This document shows positions 25,201 to 38,334 of a DNA stretch of 64,000 nt, one piece after another; the first letter of the stretch is position 1, and the number at the start of each line of letters is the position of its first letter. Made by a program: the position numbers and the translations under genes. Origin of the DNA: the human T2T-CHM13v2.0 reference genome, Homo sapiens; NCBI RefSeq assembly GCF_009914755.1, contig NC_060934.1; one strand, 5' to 3'. Under the pieces are notes generated by a model. The model was not told where the DNA came from, made no database searches, and saw only the letters and a list, made by a program, of their open reading frames with translations.

Positions 25201-26153
25201 TGTAAGGTCCAGCCCTACGGGGCTTTGCCGGTGTTCTCCCCATGTGCAGAGATGAGAGATTGTAAGAAATAAAGACACAAGACAAAAGAGATAAAGAGAA
25301 AACAGCTGGGCCCAGGGTACCACTACCACCAAGTTGCGGAGACCAGTAGTGGCCCCGAATGGCTGGGCGTGCTGATATTTATTGCATACAAGACAAAGGG
25401 ACAGGGTAAGGAGGGTGAGTCCTCCAAGTGATTGATAAGGTCAGGCAAGTCATGTGATCATGGGAAAGGGGGCCTTTCCCTTTTAGGTAGCTGAAGCAGA
25501 GAGGGAAGGCAGCATACATCAGTGTTTTCTTCTATGCACTTATAAGAAAGATCAAAGACTTTAAGACTTTCACTATTTCTTCTACCATTATCTTCTACGA
25601 ACTTCAAAGAGGAACCAGGAGTACAGGAGGAACATGAAAGTGGACAAGAAGCATGGCCATTGAAGCACAGCACCACAGGGAGGGGTTTATGCCTCTGGAT
25701 GACTGTGGGCAGGGCTGGATACACAAGAAGCTGGTGGAGCAGAGTGTTCCCTGACTCCTCCAAGGAATGGAGACTCCCTTTCATGGTCTGCTAAGTAACG
25801 GGTGCCTTCCCAGGCACTGGTGTTACAGCTTGACCAAGGAGCCCTCAAGCTGTCCTTATGCAGGCGTGACAGAAGGCTCACCTCTTGCCTTCTAGGTCAC
25901 TTCTCACAATGTCCCTTCAGCACCTGACCGTATGCCTACCGGTTATTCCTTGGTTATATTAGTAATAAAACAAAGAGTAATATTAAAAGCTAATGATTAA
26001 CAATGTTTGTAGTAATGATTGGTAATGTCCATGATCATCTCTATATCTAATTTTTATTATAACTATTCTTATTCTAGCTATTTTCTATATTATACTGAAA
26101 CAGTTTGTGCCTTCAATCTCTTGCCTTGGCACCTGGGTAATCCTTCGCCCACA
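25201..26153 (-). mobile_element. 5' LTR13A (953 bp)
   Basis: Minus strand TGTGGGCGAAGGATTACCCAGG...GGACCTTACA; AATAAA at 25378-25383 on the minus strand. Confidence 0.92.
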
Positions 26154-27199
26154 TATAGTCACCCTGAATCTCTACTAAGACACTGGGTAAATAAATACAT
26201 ATACTTTAGTCAATTTTAGACAGTTTCTTGAGGATTCCATGTGTCCACTGTTAGCTTTTTAATCCACTATCTTACTGAAATCATTCTCTGTGAAAATTTT
26301 CATGACTTTATAATATTACATTATGTCAATATATAATAATTTACCTATTTCTCTTTTTTTGTTGTTTCATCAAAAAGCAAATGGAAGCAATCAGGGCGTT
26401 GCAAAACAACTCAAAGATATTGGTCATGCATGATGCAAACAACAATCATGTTTTAATCTGCCCTGTAAAGGCAGAAACAAGTAATTTCTCATTTTTCTTT
26501 AGGAATAATGTTTAGCAAGAGCATAAATTATATAAAATAGTTATCAGTTTTTTGGTTTGTTGCTTTACAATAGCCTCTATTAAAACTGGCTGGAAGAAAA
26601 AAAGGCACTGTTTGCATATTGCAAATGACGTCCAAAGTCCAAAGGCTGTTAATCAATACTCCAATAATCAGATTTTCTTTTTCATTTGCACCCTATTCAG
26701 GATTATATCTTTATCAGTACTGTACCTTCATCAGCAATGAATATTTTTCTTACAATGCAAAAAAGAAAGAAACAATAAATTTGCTGAGGAAAAAAGCAAA
26801 AATACCATTTTTGGGGGGTTTTAACTTTAATTTTTTATTGAGGGTAATCTTTTTAAAGAACTCTTAGTCATTTTTTAAGATTGTGTGTGTGAGAGAAAGA
26901 AAGATGAAAGTTGGTTAGTCATTTCAAATGATTCACAATAAAGAAATGATATCATCATGGCACAAACAAAAAACATTTGTAGCTGGAAGTTGTTATAGTT
27001 GCACATACAGTCATAATTTGTTCTGAAATATCTTTGAGTAATTGAATAATTTTTGTAATATATAGAGATTCTGAAAAGCAAAACTGCTTCAGAGATAAAA
27101 TAATGAGTTTATTTGTAAAATGCTTTACTTAAGAATTTTATTAGAGAAGAAACAATTGAACTGGATTCAGTTTTCTTCACAACCAGCATAAGATGGCAT

Positions 27200-27324
27200 G
27201 CATACTTTCTTTTACATGCTATTGGTTAACCATTAGGCAGTGTGCAGAGGGCATTGCCTCCATTGATTTTATAACCTGTGAGGGAAGAAGAAAGAAACAT
27301 TTGCTAGCCAGCTGAGTGACAGTG
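27200..27324 (+). promoter_or_regulatory. AKR1C-type proximal promoter and 5'UTR
   Basis: HNF1-like GGTTAACCATTAG (~27224), TTTATAA TATA-like element (~27268), GAAAGAAACATTTGCTA...GTGACAG 5'UTR resembling recalled AKR1C1/C2 5'UTRs. Confidence 0.7.
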
Positions 27325-27408
27325 ATGGATTCAAAACATCAGTGTTTGAAGCTAAATGATGGTCACTTCATGCCTGTCCTGGGATTTGGCACCTATGCAC
27401 CTCCAGAG
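27325..27408 (+). CDS. AKR1C3: Intact AKR1C coding exon 1 ([28 protein letters not shown]); probably the alternative upstream first exon of AKR1C3
   Basis: 84-nt phase-0 exon with GAG|GTAATA donor; 27/28 aa identical to the recalled AKR1C3 N-terminus (L for V at position 8). Assignment to an AKR1C3 transcript is recalled, not visible in the window. Confidence 0.75.
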
Positions 27409-29599
27409 GTAATAATAATGTTTTTGGTGCAGAGAGTTGAAAAGAGCAAAGCCAGAATAAGTGGAAGCTGACCTGGGTTGTCAGGTTTGTGTTCGTGTAT
27501 TACTCTGCATGACTCCAACCTGAGTTTCCCTAGGTTAAAGCTATACTGTATGTACAAAGAGAAAAAGTCAACCTTTGTTGTGCATAGAAGTCTGGTTGCA
27601 TGGTCATCTACTGTTTATTTGGGGCACTGTTTTTTTTCTTCTATTTATGTTTATTTCATAGCTTGTCAGAATCCATGAAACTCAGCAGTGAAAAACACTG
27701 CCTGCCTGCTCCTCTCTTGGAAATTGATGGCAATAGAAGTGGTTTCTCTGTTTCCTTCTACACTGAAGAAATCTTTTCTTCTTCTAAGAAGACATAATAC
27801 AGAAGAATTTTTGTGGCAAAATTTAGTGGAGATGGGGTGCATGAAATATGTTGGGAGAGTATCACTGTTCTGATATGCGGCCTTGAGCACCACATGGTAA
27901 TACTGGACCTGGACTAAAGAGAATTTCCCATGTACTACTCTCACCTCTGAGAAAATTACCAGAGGATATAAAATATCCTCATTTTAAGAGAAAAGAAAAA
28001 ACGACTAGAACCTAACAAGTTAAGTTTAAATTATTGGTCCTTGTTCATATGCATCAGATTTGTAACAAAATGATAGGAGTGGTCCTCTGACACAAATGTG
28101 AGCAAAATGGAGACTTTATTTTATAGACTAAACTATTTCTACACTGGAAGAAAACTTGTATTCCAAGACTGTCCTGAGACTACTATGTTTGTGATTAGGG
28201 ACTAGATACATGAAATTTGAGTCTCACTTTTCTCTCTATCAGTGTGTTCTGTGCAACATCACTGGGAGAGGACTCATAGGAGCTTGCACTGTATTCCTTC
28301 TGTAATTCCTTCCATGTACCTTTGTCCCTGTGTTAATTTCACTTTATTAAAAATATTTAGGACTATATATGTAACTATAGGTTGAGGTCAGTGTGGGTTA
28401 ACCTGTGCCTCTGCTCTCCTGACTCCATGGAACTTTCCAGAGCAGTCGACATCATTGCCAAATCTGCACCTTCCATGTAGGCCTGGTGTTTTTACTACTG
28501 TCTAGTGGACACACTGTGGATACTGCCCATGTGGCCGCATTAGATGTTTCCAAAATTTGTGCTTATATCATGTTCTCCCAAACCTGCTCAGCTCCTTATC
28601 AGATCAAAAACATTTCCATCAACCTTGTGGTCCAGGTGCCAATTCTCACCTTCTCCATATGGAATTGCTCACTAAATCCTGTCAATTCGGTGTCTTTACT
28701 CATTTCAAATCTCTTTCTTTTTTCTCTTTGGATGTTTGCACATGACCCAAACACTGTATTTGCCTCCAGAAAGGCTGCCTTAGTGGAGTGAATAGGAGCA
28801 CTTGGATTTAATTTTCTGCAATATGGAGATCTCAATTCTGAGAATAATGAAATTTTAAAATCAAAGAAGGAGTGTGGATGCAAAAGCCCCTTTGTTGGAA
28901 TAATCTATAGCCAACAAAAGGCATTTACTATTTCTTCATGCTTTGAAGGTTTTAGTAGTCATAGACAGTAACTCATGTAATGAGGGAAAACAGAAGTTAT
29001 GTAACTGCTGGCAGTGGAGATTTTAACAAGTAATAGAGATGATGAGATAATGTGTGAAAAACATAACAACAATGGCACATTGTAAGAACTCAAAAACTGG
29101 TAGATACCATTGTTGATATTTTATTAATATAGAGGAAAATAAAACATAAAAAGGAAATTATTAAATGAAAGGAAGAATAGCAAGCATTTGTAATTCTTAC
29201 CACCAATGAAATATTTAAGGATAAGTAGGCATTTGTTTTTCCCTTTATTTTTTGTGCTATTTCTACATATACATTTTTAATGCATTGCATATTCCTGGAT
29301 ATTGGACCCTGTATCATACACAACAGTTTACATTTCTGAAAATTACCAAATATGTTTCATAAGGTAGGCAGGCACTAGGTAATAAATAAAGTAATAAAAG
29401 ACAGCCTAATTGCTACCAGTAGCCATTCACACTCAAAATTATTTATTAGTGATGAGCGTATAACTTGCCTCTTCTTCTTCAAAGTAGGGCAGAAAGAGTT
29501 CCTACTTTCCTTGGGAATTTGAAATAGAAAAGGTCAGAATGACTCTTTGCTCTGTAGGCAGATGTACAGGAATGTTTTTGAAGATTTGACTGTGTGTGT

Positions 29600-29928
<329 letters not shown>

Positions 29929-30142
29929 TAAGTTCCAGGCAGGGGAGTAGAATTGAATAATTTATTATTTTGATAATACAGATACTATAAAGTCATGCTC
30001 TCAAAAAATGCAGATTCTCCAGCAATCAGAATATGAACTTCTTAACATCCACACTAATGGCAGCTTCCTAGAAATCACTGTGCTACCCCCCAGTAATGGA
30101 ATCATTGCAGTTCATATCACGCATTATTCTTTCTTTCTTCAG

Positions 30143-30410
30143 TCTTGCTGGACACCCTGATTATCCATTTTCAGACAAATATTAACATGGAGGACTTTGC
30201 GTGAGTTCTACCAGAGGCCCTGTGTGTAGATGGTGACACAGAGGACGTCTTTATGCTAGTGATTAGACATACCGCCTTTGGCTAAATCTACCCTGCTTAG
30301 AGACTTCAGTTAACCAAATATAAGTCCACAGGCCATAAGGGAAAGACAATAAATTTGTTTTCTTTGAAATAATTCAGTGCTCTCTTCTAAAGATTCTTTA
30401 CCTACTTTGG
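30143..30410 (+). pseudogene. AKR1C terminal exon 9 with 3'UTR
   Basis: Acceptor ATTCTTTCTTTCTTCAG; 43-nt coding part T+LAGHPDYPFSDKY* (stop 30183-30185), matching AKR1C C-termini (HPxYPFSDEY*); 3'UTR ATGGTGACACAGAGGA...CTAAAGATTCTT as in AKR1C mRNAs. Confidence 0.88.
30348..30353 (+). terminator. Polyadenylation signal AATAAA
   Basis: AATAAA followed by T/GT-rich sequence within the AKR1C-type 3'UTR. Confidence 0.6.
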
Positions 30411-30492
30411 TCTCCATTATTGTATGTTTTCTTTCTTTCTGACTCATTAGCTCAAAAAGGATGATTTGCTTATAAGTTAGGATCGGGGGTGG

Positions 30493-32176
30493 TGTGTCTG
30501 GAATTGGTGGGTTCTTGGTCTCACTGACTTCAAGAATGAAGCCGTGGACCCTCGCAGTGTTACAGTTCTTAAAGGCAGCGTGTCCAGAGTTTTTTCCTTC
30601 TGATGTTCGGACGTATTCGGAGTTTATTCCTTCTGGTGGGTGCATGGTCGCGTTGGCTCAGGAGTGAAGCTGCAGACCTACATGGTGAGTGTTACAGCTC
30701 TTAAGGTGGCACGTCTGGAGTTGTTCATTCCTCCTGGTGGGTTCCTGGTCTTGCTGGCTTCAGGAGTGAAGCTGCAGACCTTCATGGTGTTACAGCTCAT
30801 AAAGGCAGTGTGGACCCAAAGAGTGAGCAGTAGCAAGATTTATTGCAAAGAGTGAAATAACAAAGCTTCCACAGTGTGGAAGGGGACCTGAGCAGGTTGC
30901 CACTGCTGGCTTGGCCAGCCTGCTTTTATTCTCTTATCTGGCCCCACCCACATCCTGCTGATTGTTCCATTGTACAGAGAGCTGATTGGTCTGTTTTACA
31001 GAGAGCTGATTGGTCCATTTTGACAGGGTGCTGATTGGTGTGTTTACAATCCCTGAGCTAGACACAAAGGTTTTCCAAGTCCCCACCAGAGTAGCTAGAG
31101 TGTCGATTGGTACATTCACAAAACCTGAGCTAGACACACGGTGCTAATTGGTGTGTTTATAAACCTCGAGCTAGATACAGAGTGCCGATTGGTATATTTA
31201 CAATCCCTTAGCTAGAAACAAAGGTTCTCCACGTCCGCACTAGATTAGCTAGATACAGAGTGTGGACACAAAGGTTCTCCAAGTCCCCACCAGAGTAGCT
31301 AGATACAGAGTGTCGATTGGTGCATTCACAAACCCTGAGCTAGATGCAGGGTGCTGATTGGTGTGTTTACAAACCTTGAGCTAGATACAGAGTGCCGATT
31401 GGTGTATTTACAATCCCTTAGCTAGACATAAAGGTTCTCCAAGTCCCCACCAGAGTAGCTAGATACAGAGTGCCGATTGGTGCATTCACAAACCCTGAGC
31501 TAGACACAGGGTGCTGATTGGTGTATTTCCAATCCCTTAGCTAGACATAAAGGTTCTCCAAGTCCCCACCAGACTCAGGAGCCCAGCTGGCTTCACCCAG
31601 TGGATCCCATGCTGGGACCGCAGGTGGAGCTGCCTGCCAGTCCCGTGCCATGCGCCCGCACTCCTCAGCACTTGGGTGGTTGATGGGACTGGGTGCCGTG
31701 GAGCAGGGGGCAGCGCTCGTCAGGGAGGCTCCAGCCACACAGGAGCCCACGGACGGTGGAGAGGCTCAGGCATGGTGGGCTGCAGGTCCCGAGCCCTGCC
31801 CCATGGGGAGGCAGCTAAGGTCCGGTGAGAAATTGAGCACAGCAGCTGCTGGCCCAGGTGCTAAGCCCCTCACTGCCCTGGGCTTGCAGGCTGGCCAGCC
31901 GCTCTGAGTGCAGGGCCTGCTGAGCACATGCCCACCCGGAACTCGTGCTGGCCCACAAGGCCATGCGCAGCCCCAGTTCCCACCCATGCCTCTCCCTCCA
32001 CACCTCCCTGCAAGCTGAGGGAGATGGCTCTGGCCTTGGCCAGCCCAGAAAGGGGCTCCCACAGTGCAGCAGTAGGCTGGAGGGCTGCTCAAGCATGGCC
32101 AGAGTAGGCACCAAGGCCAAGGAGGCAACAAGAATGGCAAGGACTGTGAGGCCTGCCAGCACATTGTCACCTCTCA
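30493..32176 (-). mobile_element. HERV9 3' LTR12 (1684 bp)
   Basis: TGTGTCTGGAATTGG...CACCTCTCA; PPT complement ATCCCCCCTCTAAA at 32177-32190. Confidence 0.95.
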
Positions 32177-32233
32177 ATCCCCCCTCTAAACAGGACACCC
32201 TAACTGCTGTTGGGAATTTGGCCAATGACTGCT

Positions 32234-33075
32234 CTAGCTAATTCCTGCTGGATAGGGGTAATGAAGGGGCCCTGCAGTTGTAGTGTCCTCCAGAGGGGAG
32301 TTCTCCAGGCCAGGGGAAGTGCCAGCAGGTTGGTCCAGGGGTCCTTGGTAGAAGTTGTTAATTGAACTCATTTGGGGTTCCATTTGTAAGACCATCTGTA
32401 GCTTGATGGCCTTGATTCTAGAGGAAACAAATTTGACAAGAAGGTTAAAAATACAGGGCCCAAAGGCAAGTAACAGTAAGATGGCTGCCACGGGACCTAG
32501 AAAGGGGAGAAGCCGTGTTGCCCAACTCCAGAGGTTGGTATAAGAATTTGAAAGGCGTTGTCTGATTTCAGAAGCCTTTTCCTGTAAGCGCCGGTTGGCA
32601 TCTTGTACTATCCCCGACTGGTTAGTGTGAAAACAACACTCTTCCCCTAAGAAGGTGCAGAGTCCTCCTTTCTCAGCAGTGAGGAGGTCTAGGCCTCAGC
32701 AGTTTTGGAGAGTCACTGCTGCCAAAGAGTCTATTTGGGATTGTAAAGTAAGAATAGATTTCGTTATTTCTTGCAAACTGTCTGAGAAATCCTTTGAGAG
32801 TGTGTGGTAGTAGGATAATGAAGTAGATAAACCAGCTATTCCGGTTCCTGTAGCAGTAGCCATTCCTAACCCTATAAGTAGGGGTATTAGTTGTATGGCT
32901 CTGCACTGACGGACTTGAGCTTTGAGGGGTACTGATAAGGTCTGATTTCCTGGGGCAATGTTAATGTTGGGATTTAGAAAGACTAAGGTGCAGGTGCCTG
33001 TCCAGTTAGTGGGGAGGCAGATATAGGTCAATGTTCCGCATAAGAAAAATATGCCTTGGCTGGGTAGACAGAACT
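32234..33075 (-). pseudogene. env: HERV9 env remnant (end of SU plus TM)
   Basis: RAIQLIPLLIGLGMATATGTGIAG fusion peptide; LQNC*GLDLLTAEKGG immunosuppressive domain with a stop; FGPCIFNLLVKFVSSR. Confidence 0.92.
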
Positions 33076-33125
33076 TTATCCTGGCTTTTAAAGGAATGGG
33101 ATACACTGTTTTTTTCTTTACTACT

Positions 33126-33350
33126 TCCATCTCTCTTTCTCTTTGACTTCTTTGTCTCTTCCTCTCTTTCTGACTCTGACTTTCTGTGTCTGTCCCTCTT
33201 TCTCTCTGACTCCTTCTCTTTGTCTCTTTCTCTTTGACTCTGTTTCCTCTCTCTCCTTCTCTTTGTCTCCCTGTTTCTGTCTCTGTCTCTTCCCCTCTGT
33301 CTCTTTCTTTGACTTCCTGTCTCTTTCTTTCCTTTCTGCTGCCTCTGCCA
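33126..33350. repeat. (TC)-rich low-complexity tract at the pol/env junction
   Basis: Direct reading. Confidence 0.85.
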
Positions 33351-33379
33351 GCTGCTTATGCTGCTGTTCTCCCCTCTTC

Positions 33380-35570
33380 TTCCCATTTTGATGGATTTGA
33401 CAGTGTAAGACTCCCACCTCCTTGGGTTTTTGCACTGCATGCAATAACTCTATAATTTCCTTATGGTATTTAATGGGGGTTCCCCCAGAGGTTAGGAACT
33501 CCCTTTCTTTCCACATTGCAGCATGGGCACGCAGGATTAGATAAGCATACTTGCTATCTGTATACACATTTATTCTTTTTCCCTTTCCCAGTTCTAGGGC
33601 TTGGGTAAGTGCCACTAGTTCTGCTAACTGGGCACTGGTCCCTGGGGGAAGAGGCTTACTTTCAAATATGGTTACATCTCTGTGGCATAACCTGTCCTTC
33701 GTATCCCATTCTCCACAAATGAACTGCCAACTGTATATAGGTTAAGGTCAGGATTAGTTGAGGGGACTTCTAAGAGATCATCTCAGACGGCATAAATCTA
33801 GACTATAATTTGTTGGCAGTCATGCTCAATTGGTTCCCCATCCTCTGGGAAAAAGTGGCAGTGTTGAGGGGCATGCACATGCATATTTGAAGCACCAGTC
33901 CCTCAAGGAGTAGTGCCTAGTATCTAAGTAGGCAGTTGTCTGACAGCCATAAACTTCCTTTGGCACCTAGTATGCCATTTACATCATGAGTAGTCCAGAC
34001 AGTGAGATCCTTTCCTTGTATTATTTTGATAGCCTCTGACACTAAGACGTCCACTGCTGCAACTACCCTTAAACAGTGAGGCCAGCCTTTTGCTACTACA
34101 TTAATTTCCTTACTTAGGTACGCCACTGGTTGTGGGGTTGTCCCACGAGTCTGAGTAAGGACTCCAAGAGCTATACTGGCTCTCTCTGTGACTTATAAAG
34201 AGAAGTTTTGTCCTGTGGGAAGGCTTAAAGATGGAGCTTGTACTAGGGCCTGCTTTAAGGTTTTGAAGGCTGTTTCTGCCTCTGGTTCCCATTCTACTAG
34301 ATGAGTATTTGCCATCTGGGTTTCCTTGATTAGGGTATAGAAGGGCCTGGCTATCTTGCTGTATCTGGGGATCCATAGTCGGCAAAAGCCGGTAATTCCA
34401 AGGAACCCCCTCAACTGTTTTAATGTCTTAGGGCAAAGATAAGCCAGTATAGGCTGTATTCGTTCCTTGCTGAGGGCCCTGGTCCCTCTGGCTAAGATTA
34501 GGCCTAGATATTTGACCTGCTGTAGCAAAGCTGGGCCTTCAACCTAGACACCTTGTAACCTTGATTAGCTAGAAAGTTCAACAGATCCAGAGTAGCCTGC
34601 TGGGACAAGGCTTCCAAACTGGTAGCCAAAAGTAAATCATCCACATATTGAAGGACCAGAGTGCCTGGACTTGAGAAGTGGCCTAGATCTTGGGCCAGTG
34701 CCTGACCAAACAGATGAGGGCTATCCCTAAACCCTTGGGGCATGTAAGTTGGGATGTGTGGTCTGTGGGATCCTCAAAGGCAAAGAGGAACTGGGAGTCA
34801 GAGTGCAGGGGAATACAGAAGAAGGCATCCTTGAGGTCCAGAACCATGAACGATTCTGCTTCCTCTAGTATTTGAGAGAGCAGGGTATAGGGATTGGGTA
34901 CAACTGGATATAGAGGAATTACTGCCTCATTGATGTGTCTAAGATCTTGCACTAGTCTCCACTGACCATTCGGTTTTTGTACTCCTAGAATTGGGGTGTT
35001 GCAGGGACTGCTGCATTTCCTTACTAAGGCTTGAGCTTTCAAATGTTTAACAATATTCTGTAATCCTTTATGAGCTTCAGGCCTTAAGGGATATTGCCTT
35101 TGATAAGGAAAAGTGGTGGGATCCTTTAACCTGATTTGGACTGAGTGGGCATTTTTTGCCCTTCCAAATTGTCCCTCCAATGCCCAGACTTCAGGGTTGA
35201 TTCCCTCCTCAAGTAGGGGACAACAAATGGGTAACTTGTTTCCCATATTCATGTAGATAATAGCTCCAGCCTTGGCTAATATATGCCTCCCTAATAAGGA
35301 TGTGGGACTTTCAGGCATAACAAGAAAGGCATGTGAAAAGAGCAAAGTCTCCCAATTACAACTGAGGAGGTGAGAGAAATACCTGGTGCCAGGCTGTCCC
35401 AGGATTCCTCGGATGGTAACAGACCTTGAGGACAGTCATCCAGGACAGGAGATTAACACTGAGAAGGCTGCACCAGTGTCCAGGAGGAAGTCAATTTCCT
35501 GGTCCTGAATAGTTAAACATACCCGGGGCTCAGTGAGGGTGAAGACATGAGCTGACGCTTGCCCTGGGTA
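33380..35570 (-). pseudogene. pol: HERV9 pro-pol (protease, RT, RNase H); integrase absent
   Basis: FLLDTGA region, LDLKDAFF, PQGFRDSP, QYVDDLLL, YTDSKYA; frameshifts. Confidence 0.92.
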
Positions 35571-37032
35571 CCCTCAGTCCTATTGTTGGATCATCTGGTT
35601 GGGGGCTTCTGACCCAGGGAACCTTTGTCCTCTGGGGCAGTGCACCTTCCAGTGATTGCCTCAGCATAGTGGACATGGATGAGGGGGCAGCTTGTTTCTC
35701 ATTGGACAATCTTTTTTAAAGTGTCCTAGTAAACCACACTGATAACAGGCCCTACCAGGTGATGGGCCTGCTCCATTTTCTGTCCTCTCTGAACCACCAA
35801 GGTTTGTTTGTCTGAGGGCCATGACTAAGGCTGCAGCCTTTCTCTGATCGTGCTTTTCCTTTTGGGTCTGTTCCTCTTGGTCCCTATTATAGAACACTGA
35901 AGTTGCCAGGTTTAATAATGCCTCTAGATTTTGTTCAGGGCCCAGGGCTTGCTTTTGGAGCTTTCTCCTGATATCTGTGGCTGATTGGGTATTAAACTTA
36001 TCTTTTAGAATCAATTGACCCTCGAGTGATTTGGGTGACGGGAGTATAATTTCTTAAGGCCTCATGTAGCCACTCAAGGAAGGCAGAAGGATTTTCTTCC
36101 CTTTCCTGAGTCATGGTGGACATCATTGAATAATTCATGTGCTTTTTTCTAATTCTCCTTAGTCCTTCTAGAACACAGGTCAACAGATGTTTACGACTCC
36201 AGTCCCCATGATCTGAGTCAAGGTCCCAGTGGGGATCCATACTGGGGATGGCTTGCTGACTGGTAGGGAATTTGTCCCTTTCTTCGGCTGTCATGCTATC
36301 ATTTACTGACTAAGATACCACATATCTCCAAACTCTCGGGCTGTAGCTAAAGCTGCATTCTTTTCATTAAAGGCCAGGGTTTGATCTAACAGTAGCATGA
36401 CATCTCTCCAAGTGAGCTCAAAGGTTTGCCCTAGACCCTGTAGGACATCTATGTACCTATCAGGATCATCTGAAAACTTCCCCAGGTCTGCCTTGATCTG
36501 CTTTAAATCAGAGAGGGAGAAGGGGACATGTACCCGGGTTGGGCCAAATTCCCCTCCCCTACAGCTTGAAGGGGACATAACCAATAGCCCGGGGGGTTTT
36601 GTGGTCCTTTGGAGATTTCTTTGCTTATTTCCTTCTGGGCGGGGGAGGTTAGAGGAGGATTATCATTAATAGGAAGGGGAGTTATAGGGAGGCTAGGATC
36701 TGGAGGTAAGCTGAGAGGTCCTCCTGTGGGATGTAAATTGTAAGCTTTGCATAGTTGTGTATTCTCCTTCAATGAAAAGAAAACTTGGACATAAGGTATT
36801 TCACTCCATTTGCCTTCCCTCTTAGAGAAAAGGTCAAGCTCTGCAGGATAGTATTGTAATTTGTACTTCCCTCAGGTGGCCATTTTTCCCCATCAAAGAG
36901 AGAATATTGGGGCCAAGCTGTAGTGCAGAAACAAATGAGCCACCTCTTTTTCAGGGTTTGTGGGTCAAATTGGTCCCAATGGCTTAGGATGCATTCCAAG
37001 GGTGAGCCTGTTGATGCCTGAGTGTTTCCCAT
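35570..37032 (-). pseudogene. gag: HERV9 gag, disrupted
   Basis: MGNTQASTGSPL start, VHVPFSLSDL, ENPSAFLE major homology region, CYQCGLLGHFKKDC zinc knuckle. Confidence 0.92.
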
Positions 37033-38334
37033 CTGAAAGACAAAATTGCCTGTGGTTTTGGTTTGTTTTGTTTCTCCCCCTGCCCAAGAACCCACAACAG
37101 TCCCTGGACCCTGCTGATCAGAATACCTGTGCTCACCAACGCAGCAGTGGAAACAACCCCTGCCCAAGAACCTGCAATGGTCCGTGGACCCTGCTGGTTG
37201 GAATACTTGCGCTCACCGACGCAGCAGCAGAAACGCTAGTTTTCCTCCCAGACCACATGGAGGACCAAGGAAGGTTGGATTTAGTGGCTCTTATCGACAC
37301 ATTCTCGAAAACCTGCACCCTTGCCTGTCCTCCTAGACCACAAGGAGGACTGACTGAGAAAAATCAGATTTAGTGGCCCTTACCGACACATTCTCAAAAA
37401 CCCGTTAGAGTCCTAAGCATTCACCGGTTAGTATTAGGACTTTACCCCTGTCCTGTAAAGATGTTATGCCCCAAAAATGAAGTGAAGGACCTTACCCTGA
37501 CGGAGGTAAGGGATCTCCAGGGTTGGAAGAGTGACACCTTTTGTCTTTACTTATATGAATAGGAAGGATACAATTTCTGAGGCTCCCCACATCCTAGCTT
37601 CAGGAATAGCTTTTGTTAGGCCTGTTAGTCTGAGGAGGGATCCTAAAATTCCAGGTAGTCCCCACTATGATGGGGCTTTGGGCAAAAATTATGTCTTTCT
37701 GATTGGTGAATCCAGGTGCCTAAAGAAGGTAACAGAGTTGATACTAGAAGTCATTCTTATGGGAGAAACTAGAAAAACACCAGAGACAGGTAGCAGTCTT
37801 TAGAAGCAAGACTAACCTTGGAGAAGAGAGTCAAGAGAAAGTTTCTCTGGCAAGCTTTAGGACCCAGGGGGCAAGGTTCAGGATAGATAGGATAGATGAG
37901 TGAGTCTCACTTGGGCGACATGCCTTTGAGAGTTCCACTCATGGCTGCAGGGTCAACCAACTTGTCATCAGGAACCCGGAGCTGCATGGTTTTCCTCTCT
38001 GTTGACCCTTGGCTCAGCCCAGAAATACAGGAAAAGCAGAAGCTGGTTATAGGCAAACCAATGGTCCCAACTCCGAAGAGTCGGGGGTTGTTAGCCCTTT
38101 CCCAGAAAGCCTGACACCCGTGTCTTTAGTCCAGCGGCCGCACTAGTCCCTTTTAACTGGCTGACAGGTGCCCGGTATTTAGCCCCCAAATTCTAAGGAA
38201 AAGTAGGACAGAATAGCAAGCAAAAGGGGTCTGATGGTACTCAGTGCTTGGCGATAGGCGATAGTCTCGCTGCTCAGTGATAGCTGATGGTCTCACCCCT
38301 CGGCGATAGTCTCACCCCTTGGCAATAGGTGATG

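Larger units (their letters stand above)
16792..26153 (-). mobile_element. HERV-K(HML-4)/HERVK13 provirus, probably the HERV-K-T47D locus
   Basis: Full 5' LTR, PBS, gag-dUTPase/pro-pol-env, PPT and truncated 3' LTR on the minus strand. Identity with the T47D prototype is recalled (chr10, short 3' LTR), not verified. Confidence 0.88.

Noticed and set aside
27755-27800. CACTGAAGAAA / GAAGACATA as AKR1C exon 2-3 remnants
   Set aside because: Isolated 9-11-bp matches without colinear similarity or splice sites.
32696-33130. Possible syncytin-like intact env
   Set aside because: No signal peptide or most of SU, degraded furin site (RQCR) and a stop in the immunosuppressive domain (LQNC*).
33006-33455. 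Arg/Glu/Lys-rich and Ser/Leu-rich ORFs
   Set aside because: Translations of the (TC)/(AG) low-complexity tract.
37075-37405. Two pairs of ~80-bp direct repeats in the HERV9 leader
   Set aside because: Recalled as a usual feature of HERV9 leaders; no evidence it is locus-specific.
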